Positions 10,772 through 20,593 of a stretch of DNA of 64,000 nt are shown one piece after another (within the stretch, counting starts at the first letter, position 1; the number at the start of each line of letters is the position of its first letter). The position numbers and the translations under genes are program-made. The notes under the pieces are model-generated. The model did not search any database. It worked only from the letters and a program-made list of their open reading frames with translations, and had not been told where the DNA came from. The DNA is from an uncultured Gemmatimonadales bacterium. Its GTDB lineage: Bacteria > Gemmatimonadota > Gemmatimonadetes > Longimicrobiales > RSA9. The DNA lies in assembly GCA_963741945.1 (NCBI GenBank), contig CAVUKA010000001.1:416001-480000 (forward strand). The letters are read 5' to 3'.

Positions 10772-12178
10772 TCAGCCCCCGTGTTCCGCGGTGTCGCCGA
10801 AGTCCGCCTCCAACCGCGGGAGCAGGCGCTCCAGCGCAACGCCACGCGACCCCTTCAGCAGCACCACTTCATCCCCCGTCAGCCGTTCGGACAACACCGT
10901 GGCCGCGGCGTCGAGATCATCGGCGAGGACGACCCTGTCTCCGGCATCGACGCCCACGGAGCGGAACGCGGGGACGAAGAGTCCCGTTGCGACAATGAGG
11001 TCCACGTCCGCCTCGGCCAGCCGGCGGGCGGACTCCTGATGCAGCGCCTCGCTCCGGGCGCCGAGCTCCAGCATGGAGCCCACGACCACCACACGGCCAC
11101 CCGCGCGGGGCATGTTCACGAGCGTATCGAGAGCGGCCGCAAGACTGCCGGGATTCGCGTTGTAGCAGTCCGCCAGGACCGTCAGCTTCCCCATCCGTCG
11201 CACCTCGCCGCGCATCTTCGGCGCGGGCATGCTCGCCAGCGCGTCCAGCGCCGCATCGATGTCCACGCCCCACTGCAATCCCACGCCGAGAGCGAGCAGC
11301 GCATTTCGGGCATGCGCGCGGCCGCCGAATGGGAGGCGGACCTTCCGCCGCTGCCAGGTGAAATGGACCCGACCGTCCTCGTCGATCCCCAGCTCCCTGG
11401 CGAACAGGTCGGCGTCCGCGCGACGCGTCCAGCCTGCCACGCGGACCCGCCGCGCGAGCGAGCGCGCCCGTTCCGGGAGCGAGGGCGGCTCGTCCGCCAC
11501 GATCGCCACACCGTCCGGCCGCAGGCGCGAGAGCAGCGACGTCTTTTCGCGGAGCACGCCCTCGACGGTGCCGAACCCTTCCAGGTGGCCTTCGGCGACG
11601 GCAGTGATCACGGCCACATCGGGCTCCACCATCTCCGCCAACCGCGCGATCTCGCCCGGGGCGTTGGTTCCGATCTCCACGACCAGCGCCTCGGTCGACT
11701 CCGGCGCCGCCAGCAGGGTCAACGGCGCGCCGACCAGGTTGTTCAGGTTGGCCTCGGTGGCATGCGTGGCGAAGCGCGTGGCCAGGATCGCCCGAGTCAT
11801 CTCCTTCGTCGTCGTCTTGCCATTCGTCCCCGTGATGGCCACCACGTGGGCGCCCAGCTTCCGGCGCCGGAACAACCCGAGACGGCCCAGGGCCGTGAGC
11901 GTGTCGGGGACGCGATAGTAGCGGAGCGGTGGCGCGTCCGGCGGCACCTTGTCCACCACCGCCGCCACGGCACCGCTCTGGGCGGCACGGGCCAGGAAGT
12001 CGTGGCCGTCGAAGTTGTCTCCGTGCAGCGCCACGAACAGGTCGCCGGATTCGATGGAGCGCGTATCGGTGCTCACGCCCGCGAACTCCGAGAAGGAAGG
12101 ACGCCCCCCGTTGCCGACATCCGTCGGCACCGCGAGCCGCAGCGCGGCCATGACTTCGTGCTCCGTCCAGCGACTCAT
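10772..12178 (-). CDS. murF: UDP-MurNAc-tripeptide--D-Ala-D-Ala ligase
   Basis: DTRSI..LFVAL.GDNFDGH, TGTNGKTTTKE, DCYNANP, LLKGSRG motifs. Confidence 0.96.
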   Translation of the reverse strand: MSRWTEHEVMAALRLAVPTDVGNGGRPSFSEFAGVSTDTRSIESGDLFVALHGDNFDGHDFLARAAQSGAVAAVVDKVPPDAPPLRYYRVPDTLTALGRLGLFRRRKLGAHVVAITGTNGKTTTKEMTRAILATRFATHATEANLNNLVGAPLTLLAAPESTEALVVEIGTNAPGEIARLAEMVEPDVAVITAVAEGHLEGFGTVEGVLREKTSLLSRLRPDGVAIVADEPPSLPERARSLARRVRVAGWTRRADADLFARELGIDEDGRVHFTWQRRKVRLPFGGRAHARNALLALGVGLQWGVDIDAALDALASMPAPKMRGEVRRMGKLTVLADCYNANPGSLAAALDTLVNMPRAGGRVVVVGSMLELGARSEALHQESARRLAEADVDLIVATGLFVPAFRSVGVDAGDRVVLADDLDAAATVLSERLTGDEVVLLKGSRGVALERLLPRLEADFGDTAEHGG

Positions 12179-13677
12179 TCCGCCCTGCCTTCCCGCGCGT
12201 TCCATTCGGCGACGATCCGGCGCTCGTCGAAAGGAAGGCTGCGCGTTCCCACCACCTGGTACGTCTCGTGACCCTTCCCGGCGAGGACGATCACGTCCTC
12301 CGGGCGCGCCAGCTCCAGCGCACGGGCAATGGCCAGCCGGCGGTCGGTGATCCGGATCACGTCCTCCCGCTCGATCCCGGCCATGATCTCGTCGATGATG
12401 GCGTCGGGGTCTTCCGTCCTGGGATTGTCCGAGGTCACGATCACCACATCAGCCAGGCGCGATGCCACTTCACCCATCGTCGACCGCTTGCCGCGGTCCC
12501 GATCGCCACCGGCACCGAACACCAGGATGACTCGCCCGGCGCCCAGCGACTCGAGCGCGCCGAGTACCCTCTCCAGCGCGTCGGGCGTGTGCGCGTAGTC
12601 CGTGACCACCCGGCAGGGGCGGTCAGCCACCCGCTCCAGCCGGCCCGGCACCTGCGGTGCGCTCGACAGCGATCGCGCCACTTCCTCCAGCTCGAGTCCG
12701 AGCCCGAGCGCGGCGGCGGCCGCGGCCAGCGCATTCTGCACGTTGTACGCCCCGAGCAGGGGCAGCTCCACGCGGGTCCGGCCCCGCGGCGTGTCGAGGA
12801 GGAACCGCGCGCCGTGCACCCCCAGGTCCACGTCCCTGGCCACCACGTCCGCGTCAGCCTCGCCGCGACCACCCTCGATGGCGTACCGGAGCGCGCGGGG
12901 GGCGCGCCTCTCCAGCCCATCCCACGCGGGGTCATCGGCGTTGATCACCGCGACGCCGTCCGCGGCCACCAGTTCCACGAACTCCCGCTTCGTGGCCCGA
13001 TACCGCTCCAGCGAGCCGTGGTAATCCAGGTGGTCGCGCGTGAGGTTCGTGAACACCACGGCCTGGAACCGCAGAGCCTGGACGCGGCACTGGTCCAGCG
13101 CGTGAGAGGACACTTCCATGGCCACGGCTTCCGTCCCATGGTCCGCGAACCGGCGCATCGACTTGGCCATCTCCACGGGCCCGGGCGTGGTCAGTCCCTC
13201 CCCGCCCGGCAGCGGGACCCCGGCCTCGAGCACCGCGCCCACCGTGCCCAGAGAGCCCGTGGCAAACCGCGCGGAGAGCACGTGCCGGAGGATCCAGACC
13301 GTGGTGGTCTTTCCGTTCGTTCCCGTGACGCCCGCCAGGACCAGCTCCGTGGTCGGCCGCGCCATCACTTCGTCCGCCGCCACCGCGGCCGCGTGACGAC
13401 CATTCGTAACCACCACCTGCGGCAGCTCTGCTTCCGCGCGCCGCTCCACGATCGCGGCCGCCGCGCCCATGGCCGCCGCCTGCGCGACGAAGCGGTGCGC
13501 GTCCGTGCCCGTTCCCGCCCACGCGCAGAAGAGGTCGCCGGGAAGCAGGACCCGGCTGTCCGCGGTCACGCCCTCCAGCTGCGGGTCGACCGTGGGCGCT
13601 GCCCGCACGAGTCCCTCGGCCTCCAGGCGCGCCACCACCCGGGCCAACCGGATCGGCGACGGGGCGCGCAGCTCCAT
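12175..13677 (-). CDS. murE: UDP-MurNAc-dipeptide--meso-DAP ligase
   Basis: GVTGTNGKTT, MEVSSH, TRDHLDYH, DYAHTPD, DNPR (DAP-type), AGKGHE motifs. Confidence 0.97.
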   Translation of the reverse strand: MELRAPSPIRLARVVARLEAEGLVRAAPTVDPQLEGVTADSRVLLPGDLFCAWAGTGTDAHRFVAQAAAMGAAAAIVERRAEAELPQVVVTNGRHAAAVAADEVMARPTTELVLAGVTGTNGKTTTVWILRHVLSARFATGSLGTVGAVLEAGVPLPGGEGLTTPGPVEMAKSMRRFADHGTEAVAMEVSSHALDQCRVQALRFQAVVFTNLTRDHLDYHGSLERYRATKREFVELVAADGVAVINADDPAWDGLERRAPRALRYAIEGGRGEADADVVARDVDLGVHGARFLLDTPRGRTRVELPLLGAYNVQNALAAAAAALGLGLELEEVARSLSSAPQVPGRLERVADRPCRVVTDYAHTPDALERVLGALESLGAGRVILVFGAGGDRDRGKRSTMGEVASRLADVVIVTSDNPRTEDPDAIIDEIMAGIEREDVIRITDRRLAIARALELARPEDVIVLAGKGHETYQVVGTRSLPFDERRIVAEWNAREGRAE

Positions 13678-15641
13678 CACCGCGTCCCGCCCAGCGTCAG
13701 GCGCACAATGCCTCCTCGCCCCACCGCCGATCCGGGTGCCGGCGCCGTCTTCAGGACCCGACCGGCTCCCAGCAGCGCCACCCGGAACCCCGCCGCGTGC
13801 AGGCGCGCCGCCGCGTCCCGGGCGTTCTCGCCCCTGACATCCGGTACTCTCAGCGCGCTCGGCTCCGGCGCGCGCCGCGGCGGCCCGGCGTCCATCCGGA
13901 AGACGAACGGTCCGGACGCGGCCGCCGGCCACCCGCCGCTCCAGGCCACGGGCGTCGGCACGGTCCCGCCCGGGTCCGGGACTGTCGATATCATTGCCGC
14001 CCGGTTCAGCGGCGAGGTGCGCGCCGCCAGCGCGGCGGCCAGCGTCGAGCGCGTGACGGGAGCGGCCACGGCACCGCCGTAATGGCTGCCCCGGTCCAGC
14101 TTCACGAGGAAGACCAGCTGCGGGTCCTGCGCGGGGAAGAAGCCCGCGAACGAGGCCGTGAACTCGTCGCGATGGTAGCGCCCGTTCTCGAACACCCTCG
14201 CCGTCCCCGTCTTCCCCGCCACGTGGAAGTCGCCGAGGCCGGCACGTCGGCCCGTGCCGCCCTCCACCACGTCCGCCAGCACCCCAGCGACCTTCTCCGC
14301 CGTTTCCGCCCGGATCACGCGACGCAGCTCGCGCGGCTCGGTTCGGAGCAGGACCTTCCCGGCCTCGTCGCGGATCTCGCGGACCAGCCGCGGCTCCAGG
14401 AGCCGGCCACCGTTCGCGATCGCCCCGTACGCCATGGTCATCTGGAGCGGCGTGACCGAGATCTCGTACCCCATGGCCATGCTGGCCTGCGTGTACGCGC
14501 TCCACCGCTCCGGCCGCTCCAGACGGCCGCCGGACTCCGACGGGTAGAGGATCCCCGTGGGAGTGCCGAACCCGAAGTCCCGCAGGGTGGCGTACTGCTC
14601 GTCCGCCTGGAGCCGCGCCGACAGTTTGGACATCCCGATGTTCGACGAGTGCTGCAGGACTTCCGCCGCCGTGAGCCAGCCGAGGTTCTCCACGTCGGAG
14701 ATCGTCCGCGCGCCCAGGCGGTAGCTGCCGTTCTCCGCGAAGACGGAGTCCGTCAGCGCCACACGGTCCCGGTCCAGCAGCGCCGACATGACGAACGGCT
14801 TCATGGTCGACCCGGGCTCGTACGGGTCCGTCACGCCCCTCCACACCCGGCTCCCATCCGGACGACGACTCGCCGCGGCCAGCACCTCCCCGGTTCGCGG
14901 ATCCACGAACATCAGGTCCCCGCCCGTGGCGTCGTTCTCCGCCAGTGCCTCGTCCAGCGCGCCTTCGGCGATCTCCTGGAGCCCGACGTCCAGCGTCAGA
15001 TAGACGCTCCGACCCGGACGCGGCTTGCGGACGGGCACGAGCGCGCCCGGGATCGGCTCCCCGCGCGCGTCCCGCCGCACCACCGCGAATCCATCCTCGC
15101 CCCGCAGCAGCGAGTCCAGCTCCAGCTCCAGACCGCCCAGTGGCCGGCCCTCGGCCGTGGTGCGGCCCAGCAGCTCAAGCGCCACTTCGCCGTGCGGACG
15201 GAACCGCTGGAGCACCCGCTCCAGGTACACGCCGCGGAGCGGCTCCAGCGTTTCGCGGGCGGGCGGCTCGTACAGCCCGGGGATCACCACCCAGCGGCGG
15301 CTCCGGTCCAGCGCCCGACGCACGCCCGCCCGATCGAGTCCGAGCTCCTTGCGCAGAGCCTCCGCCGTCCCGGCCCGGTCCACCACCTCTCGCGGAGCCA
15401 CCGACACGCGCACCATCTCCCGCGTGGCCGCGAGCGGTACGCCGGTGCGGTCGTAGATCGTGCCGCGCTCAGCCGGCAGGGGGACCCTGTCCCGCTGCTG
15501 GCGCACGGCCCGCCCCTGCCACTCCGCCGCTTCCAGCACCTGCACCTGGAAGCCCCGGCCCAGGAGCACCACCGCCCCGCCGACCAGGACCGCCAGCAGC
15601 AGCCGGCGACGCCGAACGTGAAGCGCCCCGTGCTGCGTCAC
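13677..15641 (-). CDS. ftsI: Class B penicillin-binding protein FtsI with C-terminal PASTA-like domain
   Basis: RGTIYDR, EPGSTMK (SxxK), SSN, KTGT motifs; C-terminal VPDVRGENARDA. Confidence 0.95.
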   Translation of the reverse strand: MTQHGALHVRRRRLLLAVLVGGAVVLLGRGFQVQVLEAAEWQGRAVRQQRDRVPLPAERGTIYDRTGVPLAATREMVRVSVAPREVVDRAGTAEALRKELGLDRAGVRRALDRSRRWVVIPGLYEPPARETLEPLRGVYLERVLQRFRPHGEVALELLGRTTAEGRPLGGLELELDSLLRGEDGFAVVRRDARGEPIPGALVPVRKPRPGRSVYLTLDVGLQEIAEGALDEALAENDATGGDLMFVDPRTGEVLAAASRRPDGSRVWRGVTDPYEPGSTMKPFVMSALLDRDRVALTDSVFAENGSYRLGARTISDVENLGWLTAAEVLQHSSNIGMSKLSARLQADEQYATLRDFGFGTPTGILYPSESGGRLERPERWSAYTQASMAMGYEISVTPLQMTMAYGAIANGGRLLEPRLVREIRDEAGKVLLRTEPRELRRVIRAETAEKVAGVLADVVEGGTGRRAGLGDFHVAGKTGTARVFENGRYHRDEFTASFAGFFPAQDPQLVFLVKLDRGSHYGGAVAAPVTRSTLAAALAARTSPLNRAAMISTVPDPGGTVPTPVAWSGGWPAAASGPFVFRMDAGPPRRAPEPSALRVPDVRGENARDAAARLHAAGFRVALLGAGRVLKTAPAPGSAVGRGGIVRLTLGGTR

Positions 15642-15994
15642 CCGGCGCCGCCCCCCTTCGCCCCGGCCCGCCCCACCGCCAACGCCGGCCCCGCAGGCTC
15701 ACGAAGCGACAGGATCACGATCTCCTGGCCCGTGGGCAGACGCATGCCGAATCGCGCGGACACCGCCTCCGACACCCGCCCCCGGCTCTCGAGGTGGCTC
15801 ACCTGGCGATCCAGGGAAGCGCGCCTCGCCTCCTCCAGCACCCGCGACTGGCGCACTGCCTCCACTTCGCGCAGCATCGACAGCGCACGACTCTGCCGCC
15901 AAACCACCAGGGTCAGCGACGCAAGCAGCAGCCCGAACAGCAGCGCCGCACGGATCACCGGCGGCCCCTTCTTCCCCCGCTCCCTCTTGCTCAT
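15638..15994 (-). CDS. ftsL: Cell division protein FtsL-like
   Basis: TM plus coiled coil ending RV..A..RFGMRLP; between rsmH and ftsI with 4-bp overlaps. Confidence 0.8.
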   Translation of the reverse strand: MSKRERGKKGPPVIRAALLFGLLLASLTLVVWRQSRALSMLREVEAVRQSRVLEEARRASLDRQVSHLESRGRVSEAVSARFGMRLPTGQEIVILSLREPAGPALAVGRAGAKGGGAG

Positions 15995-16914
15995 GCGGCT
16001 TTCCTCCACGCCCGCAGCCGAGCGCTCCGGGATCGCGGGTTCATTTCCACTTCACTCGCCGTCGGCCGCACCACCTTGCGTGTCAGCGTCTCCCCGAGCG
16101 GACGGCCGCGGCACTGGCAGACCGGCAGCTCCGGCGGGCAGATGCACGCGCGACTCCACTCCCGGAACGCGTTCTTCACCCGGCGGTCCTCCAGCGAATG
16201 GTAGGAGATCACGACCATGACCCCGGCAGGCGACAACGCCTCCCGCAGCGCGTCCAGCCCACGGTCCAGCGCGGACAGCTCCGCGTTCACCTCGATCCGC
16301 AGCGCCTGGAACACCCGCGCGCGGTCCTGCGGCTTCAGCCGCGGGCCGTACGCCTCTTCCAGGACCCGGTTCAGATCGTCGCTGGTGGTGAACGGCGATT
16401 CCGCCCGGCGGGCCACGATGCGGCGGGCGATCGACCTCGCCCTCGGCTCCTCGCCGTAGTCGCGCAACAGCTCCACGAGCATTGCTTCCTCGTACGTGTT
16501 CAGGATCTCCGCCGCCGTCGCCTCCCCCGCCGCGTCACCCGCCATCCGCATGTCCAGCGGACTGCCCTCCCGGAAGCTGAAGCCCCGCTCCAGCGCGTCG
16601 ATCTGATGCGACGAAACGCCCAGGTCGAGCAGCGCTCCCGCCAGCTGCGACTCGAGGCGCTCCGCCACGTCCGCGTAGTTCCCCCGCTCCGCCTCGAACC
16701 GGACTCCGAACGCCGACAGCCGTGCGCGCGCCGCATCGATCGCTTCCGGATCCCGATCCACTCCGAGCACCCGCGCCTCCCCTCCCGCCTCCAGGATCGC
16801 CACCGCGTGACCGCCCCCGCCCAGCGTACCATCCAGGAACAGGCCCCCGCGCACGGGATCCAGCCACTTGATCACTTCGTCCACGAGCACCGGGGTGTGA
16901 TAGCGCTCGCTCAT
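15991..16914 (-). CDS. rsmH: 16S rRNA m4C1402 methyltransferase
   Basis: HTPVL, DGTLGGGGH, DLGVSS, PLDMRM, FQALRIEVN, SYHSLEDR, NPRSRSA motifs. Confidence 0.98.
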   Translation of the reverse strand: MSERYHTPVLVDEVIKWLDPVRGGLFLDGTLGGGGHAVAILEAGGEARVLGVDRDPEAIDAARARLSAFGVRFEAERGNYADVAERLESQLAGALLDLGVSSHQIDALERGFSFREGSPLDMRMAGDAAGEATAAEILNTYEEAMLVELLRDYGEEPRARSIARRIVARRAESPFTTSDDLNRVLEEAYGPRLKPQDRARVFQALRIEVNAELSALDRGLDALREALSPAGVMVVISYHSLEDRRVKNAFREWSRACICPPELPVCQCRGRPLGETLTRKVVRPTASEVEMNPRSRSARLRAWRKAA

Positions 16915-16945
16915 GCCGCACCCCGGTCGATCCGCACCGACCGCC

Positions 16946-17377
16946 TCAGCGGAAGATCTGCGGTGCGTACCGCTCGAACTTCTCTTCCTTCGACTGCACC
17001 GCGACCTCGAAGTCCGGCGGGTTCCACAGCTCCACCTTGTCGATTGCCCCCACCATGAGAACCTGCCCCGACAGGTTGGCCGCCTCCTGCAGCTTTGCAG
17101 GGATCAGGATTCGACCCTGCGTGTCCGGCGATACCGGCACTGCGTTCGACATCATCCGGAGCACCCACATCCGCGCGTCCGGGTCGTTCCGAAGCAGTCC
17201 CCGCAAACGCTCTTCCACCCCCCGCCACGCGGTTTCCGGGTACAGCGCGAGCGACGGGCGATAGACCTGGAGCAGCACGAAATGCTGATCCTCCGCCTCC
17301 CGCCGAAACGGGGCCGGCAGGCTCACCCGCCCCTTCTCGTCCAGCGCGTACGTGTAGCTGCCCAGGAAAGTCGACAC
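16946..17377 (-). CDS. mraZ: Transcriptional regulator MraZ
   Basis: Two DxxGR motifs (DEKGR, DTQGRI); first dcw gene; GTG start. Confidence 0.95.
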   Translation of the reverse strand: MSTFLGSYTYALDEKGRVSLPAPFRREAEDQHFVLLQVYRPSLALYPETAWRGVEERLRGLLRNDPDARMWVLRMMSNAVPVSPDTQGRILIPAKLQEAANLSGQVLMVGAIDKVELWNPPDFEVAVQSKEEKFERYAPQIFR

Positions 17378-17408
17378 GCCCGGTCCCTTCGTGTCGTCGT
17401 GGCCCCTG

Positions 17409-17466
17409 TCCCCACTTCTCCCCACTCGTCCCCACCAACCTAGGAATCTGCCCCACCTGGTGTCAA
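17409..17466 (-). promoter_or_regulatory. dcw sigma70 promoter (TTGACA-N18-TAGGTT) with MraZ-type GTGGGG boxes
   Basis: GTGGGGA at 17409-15, 17419-25, 17429-35 (10-bp period) and GTGGGG at 17451-56; TTGACA at 17466-17461. Confidence 0.8.
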
Positions 17467-17596
17467 CCCTGTGGTTTCATGCGCCACCACGCGCGCCCGT
17501 GAGACAGCGATCCACCCCGGCCTGCCGCTTGCTGCCACGGGTGGATGGCGGCCCAGCGGGAGCGGGAAGAGCGAGCGAGAGCGAGAGGAGGGCGGG

Positions 17597-18478
17597 GTGA
17601 GAATCGGGCTCATCGTGCGGCCCCGGGAGGGGATGTCGGCGTTGGAGGAGCTGCGCGCCGCGGTTTCGACGATGCGCGCATCAGGGCACGAAGTGTGGCC
17701 GCGCCTGACGTTCGAGGATGGGGATGGTGTGCGCCTGTCGCGTGCGGCCGCGCGTGCGGGTGCGGACCTGGTGATTGCGGCCGGTGGGGATGGTACGGTG
17801 AACGAAGTCGTGAACGGGCTGCTGGAAGTGGAGGGGTGGCCGGGGCGAGTGGGGCTGGTGCCCACGGGAACGGCGAACGACTTCGCTGGGAGCGTGGGGA
17901 TCCCGGCGGATCTGGAGGGGGCGCTGGAGGTGGCGCTGCGTGGGAGTCCGCGCGAGGTGGACGTGGGGCGTGTGAATGCGCGCTATTTCGTGAACGTCTC
18001 GACGGGCGGCTTCGGCGCCGCGGCCACGGAGGAGACGGGATCGGAAACGAAGCGGCTGCTTGGCCCCTGGGCGTACGTGATCACGGGCGCGAGGCAGTTC
18101 TCGGACCTGCGGCCGGCCACGGTCCGTCTGGAGTCGGCGGAAGGAGAGGCACACGCGGGTGAGGTTCTGCTGTTCGCGGTGGGGAACGGGAAGCAGACGG
18201 GGGGCGGGACGATGTTGACGCCGCGCGCGGAGCTGGCGGACGGGCTGCTGGACGTGCTGGTGGTGCCGGGGATGCCGCGGCTGGACTTCCTCGCGCTGCT
18301 GCCGGACCTGCGGGCGGGCACCCACCTGGACCGCCCGGACATTCTGTATTTCCGGACCCGTCAGCTGCGCGTGGAAAGCGACGAGGAGCTGTCGGTGAAC
18401 GCGGATGGCGAGCCGCTGCGAGGCCGGCGCTTCGACTACGGCGTGGAGCCGCGGGCGATCCGGCTGATGACGCCCTGA
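17597..18478 (+). CDS. Diacylglycerol/lipid kinase family protein (YegS/DgkB-like)
   Basis: AAGGDGTVNEV, PTGTANDFA, GNGKQTGGG, DGLLDV, NADGE motifs. Confidence 0.93.
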   Translation: MRIGLIVRPREGMSALEELRAAVSTMRASGHEVWPRLTFEDGDGVRLSRAAARAGADLVIAAGGDGTVNEVVNGLLEVEGWPGRVGLVPTGTANDFAGSVGIPADLEGALEVALRGSPREVDVGRVNARYFVNVSTGGFGAAATEETGSETKRLLGPWAYVITGARQFSDLRPATVRLESAEGEAHAGEVLLFAVGNGKQTGGGTMLTPRAELADGLLDVLVVPGMPRLDFLALLPDLRAGTHLDRPDILYFRTRQLRVESDEELSVNADGEPLRGRRFDYGVEPRAIRLMTP

Positions 18479-18485
18479 CGCACGA

Positions 18486-18516
18486 ACGCCGGCGGAGCGT
18501 GAAGCCCCGCCGGCGT
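18486..18516. terminator. GC hairpin between convergent genes
   Basis: ACGCCGGCGG...CCGCCGGCGT inverted repeat; no U-tract. Confidence 0.5.
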
Positions 18517-18539
18517 CGCGTGAGCGGCCCCGCGCCGGT

Positions 18540-20279
18540 CTACTTGCCGCGCTTGATCAGAGCGTCCTGGATCTCGATGAACCGCTGCGTGGCGTCGATC
18601 AGCTTCGGCACGTCGGCAGAAGCGTGAATCTTCTCGTAGCCCCGCGCGGCCTGGAAGAGCTGGAGCGCGCGCTCGAAGAGCGGCTTCGCCTTCTTGGCGG
18701 CCTCGGCGTTCATCGGCTTTCCTACCTGCTGTCCCTGCTGGTAGAGGATGTACCCCCTCCAGAAGTTGCGGGTGAGCTTGTCCTCCTCGGTCTGGGCCAG
18801 CGGACCCGCCGCGTCCAGGAGGGAATAGGCCGCATCAAGCTGGCCCTTCTGGAACTTCTGATTGTAGGCGTTGGCGAAGATCATCCGGAATGCGTCTTCC
18901 GGCTTGATGTCGCCGCTCTGCACGGCGGACTGGAGCGCTGCCACCGCCTTGTTCTCCTGGCCAGCCCTCAGCCAGAGCAAGGCCTTCCGCTGCGAGTAGG
19001 TGGGCGAAGGCCCTTCGATCTGCTCGGCCTTCTGGAGAGCGGCCAGGGCGTCATCGGTCCGGCCCGCATCCTCGAGAGCGCGGGAGTACGCATCCCAGAT
19101 GCGAGGGTTGTCGGGCGCCGCCTCGCTGGCGCGCTTGCCCAGGGCAATGGCCTGATCGGTCTGGCCGAGCTTGTACTTCGCGATGATCAGGCGCTCCAGG
19201 ACCAGGGGGTCCGTCTCGGCACCCTCCTTGTCGAACACCTTCTCGTACGAATTGGCGGCGGTGCGATACAGGCTGTCGATCTTCGCACTGTCCGGGTTCT
19301 CCACCTGCTCGGCCTGCGCCGCGGCGTTGGCGGCGAAATGGCCGATGTAGGTGATGAGGGTCATGTTCTCCGTCGTGTCCGACTGGAGACCCTGCTCCGC
19401 GTAGTGCAGCGCGGTCTCATAGTCACCGGCGTTGGCAATGTCGGTGGCGATGCTGAGCCGCACCTGGATGTCACCCGGATTCAGCTCCATGTAGCGGTCG
19501 AAGAAGCCACGGGCCTCCTGCTGCTGCCCCATCTCCGTGGCCACGATGCCGGCCAGCTTGAGCGCGTCCTGATTGATAGGATCGAGCTCGAGATCCTGCT
19601 TGAGCGCCTGCAGCGCCTCGTCGCGATTCCCCATCTTCCACAGGATGTAGCCCTTCTTGTAAAGAGCGCCCTGTGAGTTCGGGTTGATCTCCAGCGCCTT
19701 GTTGCAGTTCTCCAGCGCAGACTCCCAGTTCTGGCTGTCCATGTACTGCTGACAGAACACGGTGTGCCGCAGCTGCGTCTGCCACTTGTCGAACGTCTGC
19801 AGGATCTGCTGCGCGGCCTGCTTCGGCTCGCGATCGCTCACGGTGAAGTCCGGCACGTCGAACGCCTCACCGTTGGTGGCGCCCACGAACTGCGCGGTCA
19901 CCTTGACCTGGTCGCCCCCGGCCGGCTCGTAGGAGCCGCAGAGCACGAGCCCCCACGACTGCTGCATCGCCAGCTGACGCGACTTGATGCAGTTGTACAG
20001 GTCCTCATCGGAGAGGTCGTACTTCTTGCGGGCGTTCTTGAGATCCTTCTCACTCACCGTCTTGTGCGTGTGGAGCTCACCGATCCGGTCCCGGAGCTCA
20101 CTCGCCACCTTCTCGCCGAACTTCTTATCTGCCCCGTTCATGGGCGCGAGGTTCGGCACCATGATGCTGATCCGCTCGCCGGTGTCGGACTGCGCCGATC
20201 CCTGCGTGGCCAGTACACCCGTGGCCAGCACCGGTAACAGCGCCGCCAGCCACAACTTCCGCTCGATCAATCGCTTCAT
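18540..20279 (-). CDS. Secreted tetratricopeptide-repeat protein
   Basis: Signal peptide (LWLAALLPVLATGVLATQGSAQ), multiple TPR-like repeats (ALEINP, LELDP, MELNP). Confidence 0.85.
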   Translation of the reverse strand: MKRLIERKLWLAALLPVLATGVLATQGSAQSDTGERISIMVPNLAPMNGADKKFGEKVASELRDRIGELHTHKTVSEKDLKNARKKYDLSDEDLYNCIKSRQLAMQQSWGLVLCGSYEPAGGDQVKVTAQFVGATNGEAFDVPDFTVSDREPKQAAQQILQTFDKWQTQLRHTVFCQQYMDSQNWESALENCNKALEINPNSQGALYKKGYILWKMGNRDEALQALKQDLELDPINQDALKLAGIVATEMGQQQEARGFFDRYMELNPGDIQVRLSIATDIANAGDYETALHYAEQGLQSDTTENMTLITYIGHFAANAAAQAEQVENPDSAKIDSLYRTAANSYEKVFDKEGAETDPLVLERLIIAKYKLGQTDQAIALGKRASEAAPDNPRIWDAYSRALEDAGRTDDALAALQKAEQIEGPSPTYSQRKALLWLRAGQENKAVAALQSAVQSGDIKPEDAFRMIFANAYNQKFQKGQLDAAYSLLDAAGPLAQTEEDKLTRNFWRGYILYQQGQQVGKPMNAEAAKKAKPLFERALQLFQAARGYEKIHASADVPKLIDATQRFIEIQDALIKRGK

Positions 20280-20419
20280 TTTCCAGGGTCTCCGCTCTGG
20301 AAGTCCATCATACGCGACACGGGCCGCTCCGGTGCCGCTCTCCACATTGTTACCCCCGCGGTCATGCGGAAGGTTCGTGCGACGCCTGAGCGTCGGTAGG
20401 CCTAGCGAGGCAAACGGGC

Positions 20420-20448
20420 ATTGTAGGCGCGCAATACGCCCGGTGCAA
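20420..20448 (-). promoter_or_regulatory. sigma70 promoter of TPR gene
   Basis: TTGCAC-N17-TACAAT on minus strand. Confidence 0.65.
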
Positions 20449-20593
20449 GCATCCGCTACGCTCGGCCACGAGCGTTACGGCAAGAGAGCGGCCACGCCGC
20501 CAACCACCGAAGGCTAGCTACACGGCGCCAGAAGGTTTGTTTCAGCCAGCGCTGGCGCAGGGTCCGCGGGGGCGGGGGCTCTGTGATTCCGGG

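Noticed and set aside
15000-18478. Local G/C skew switch near 17.45 kb as a replication origin or terminus
   Set aside because: It coincides with divergent transcription; no DnaA-box cluster or dif-like site seen
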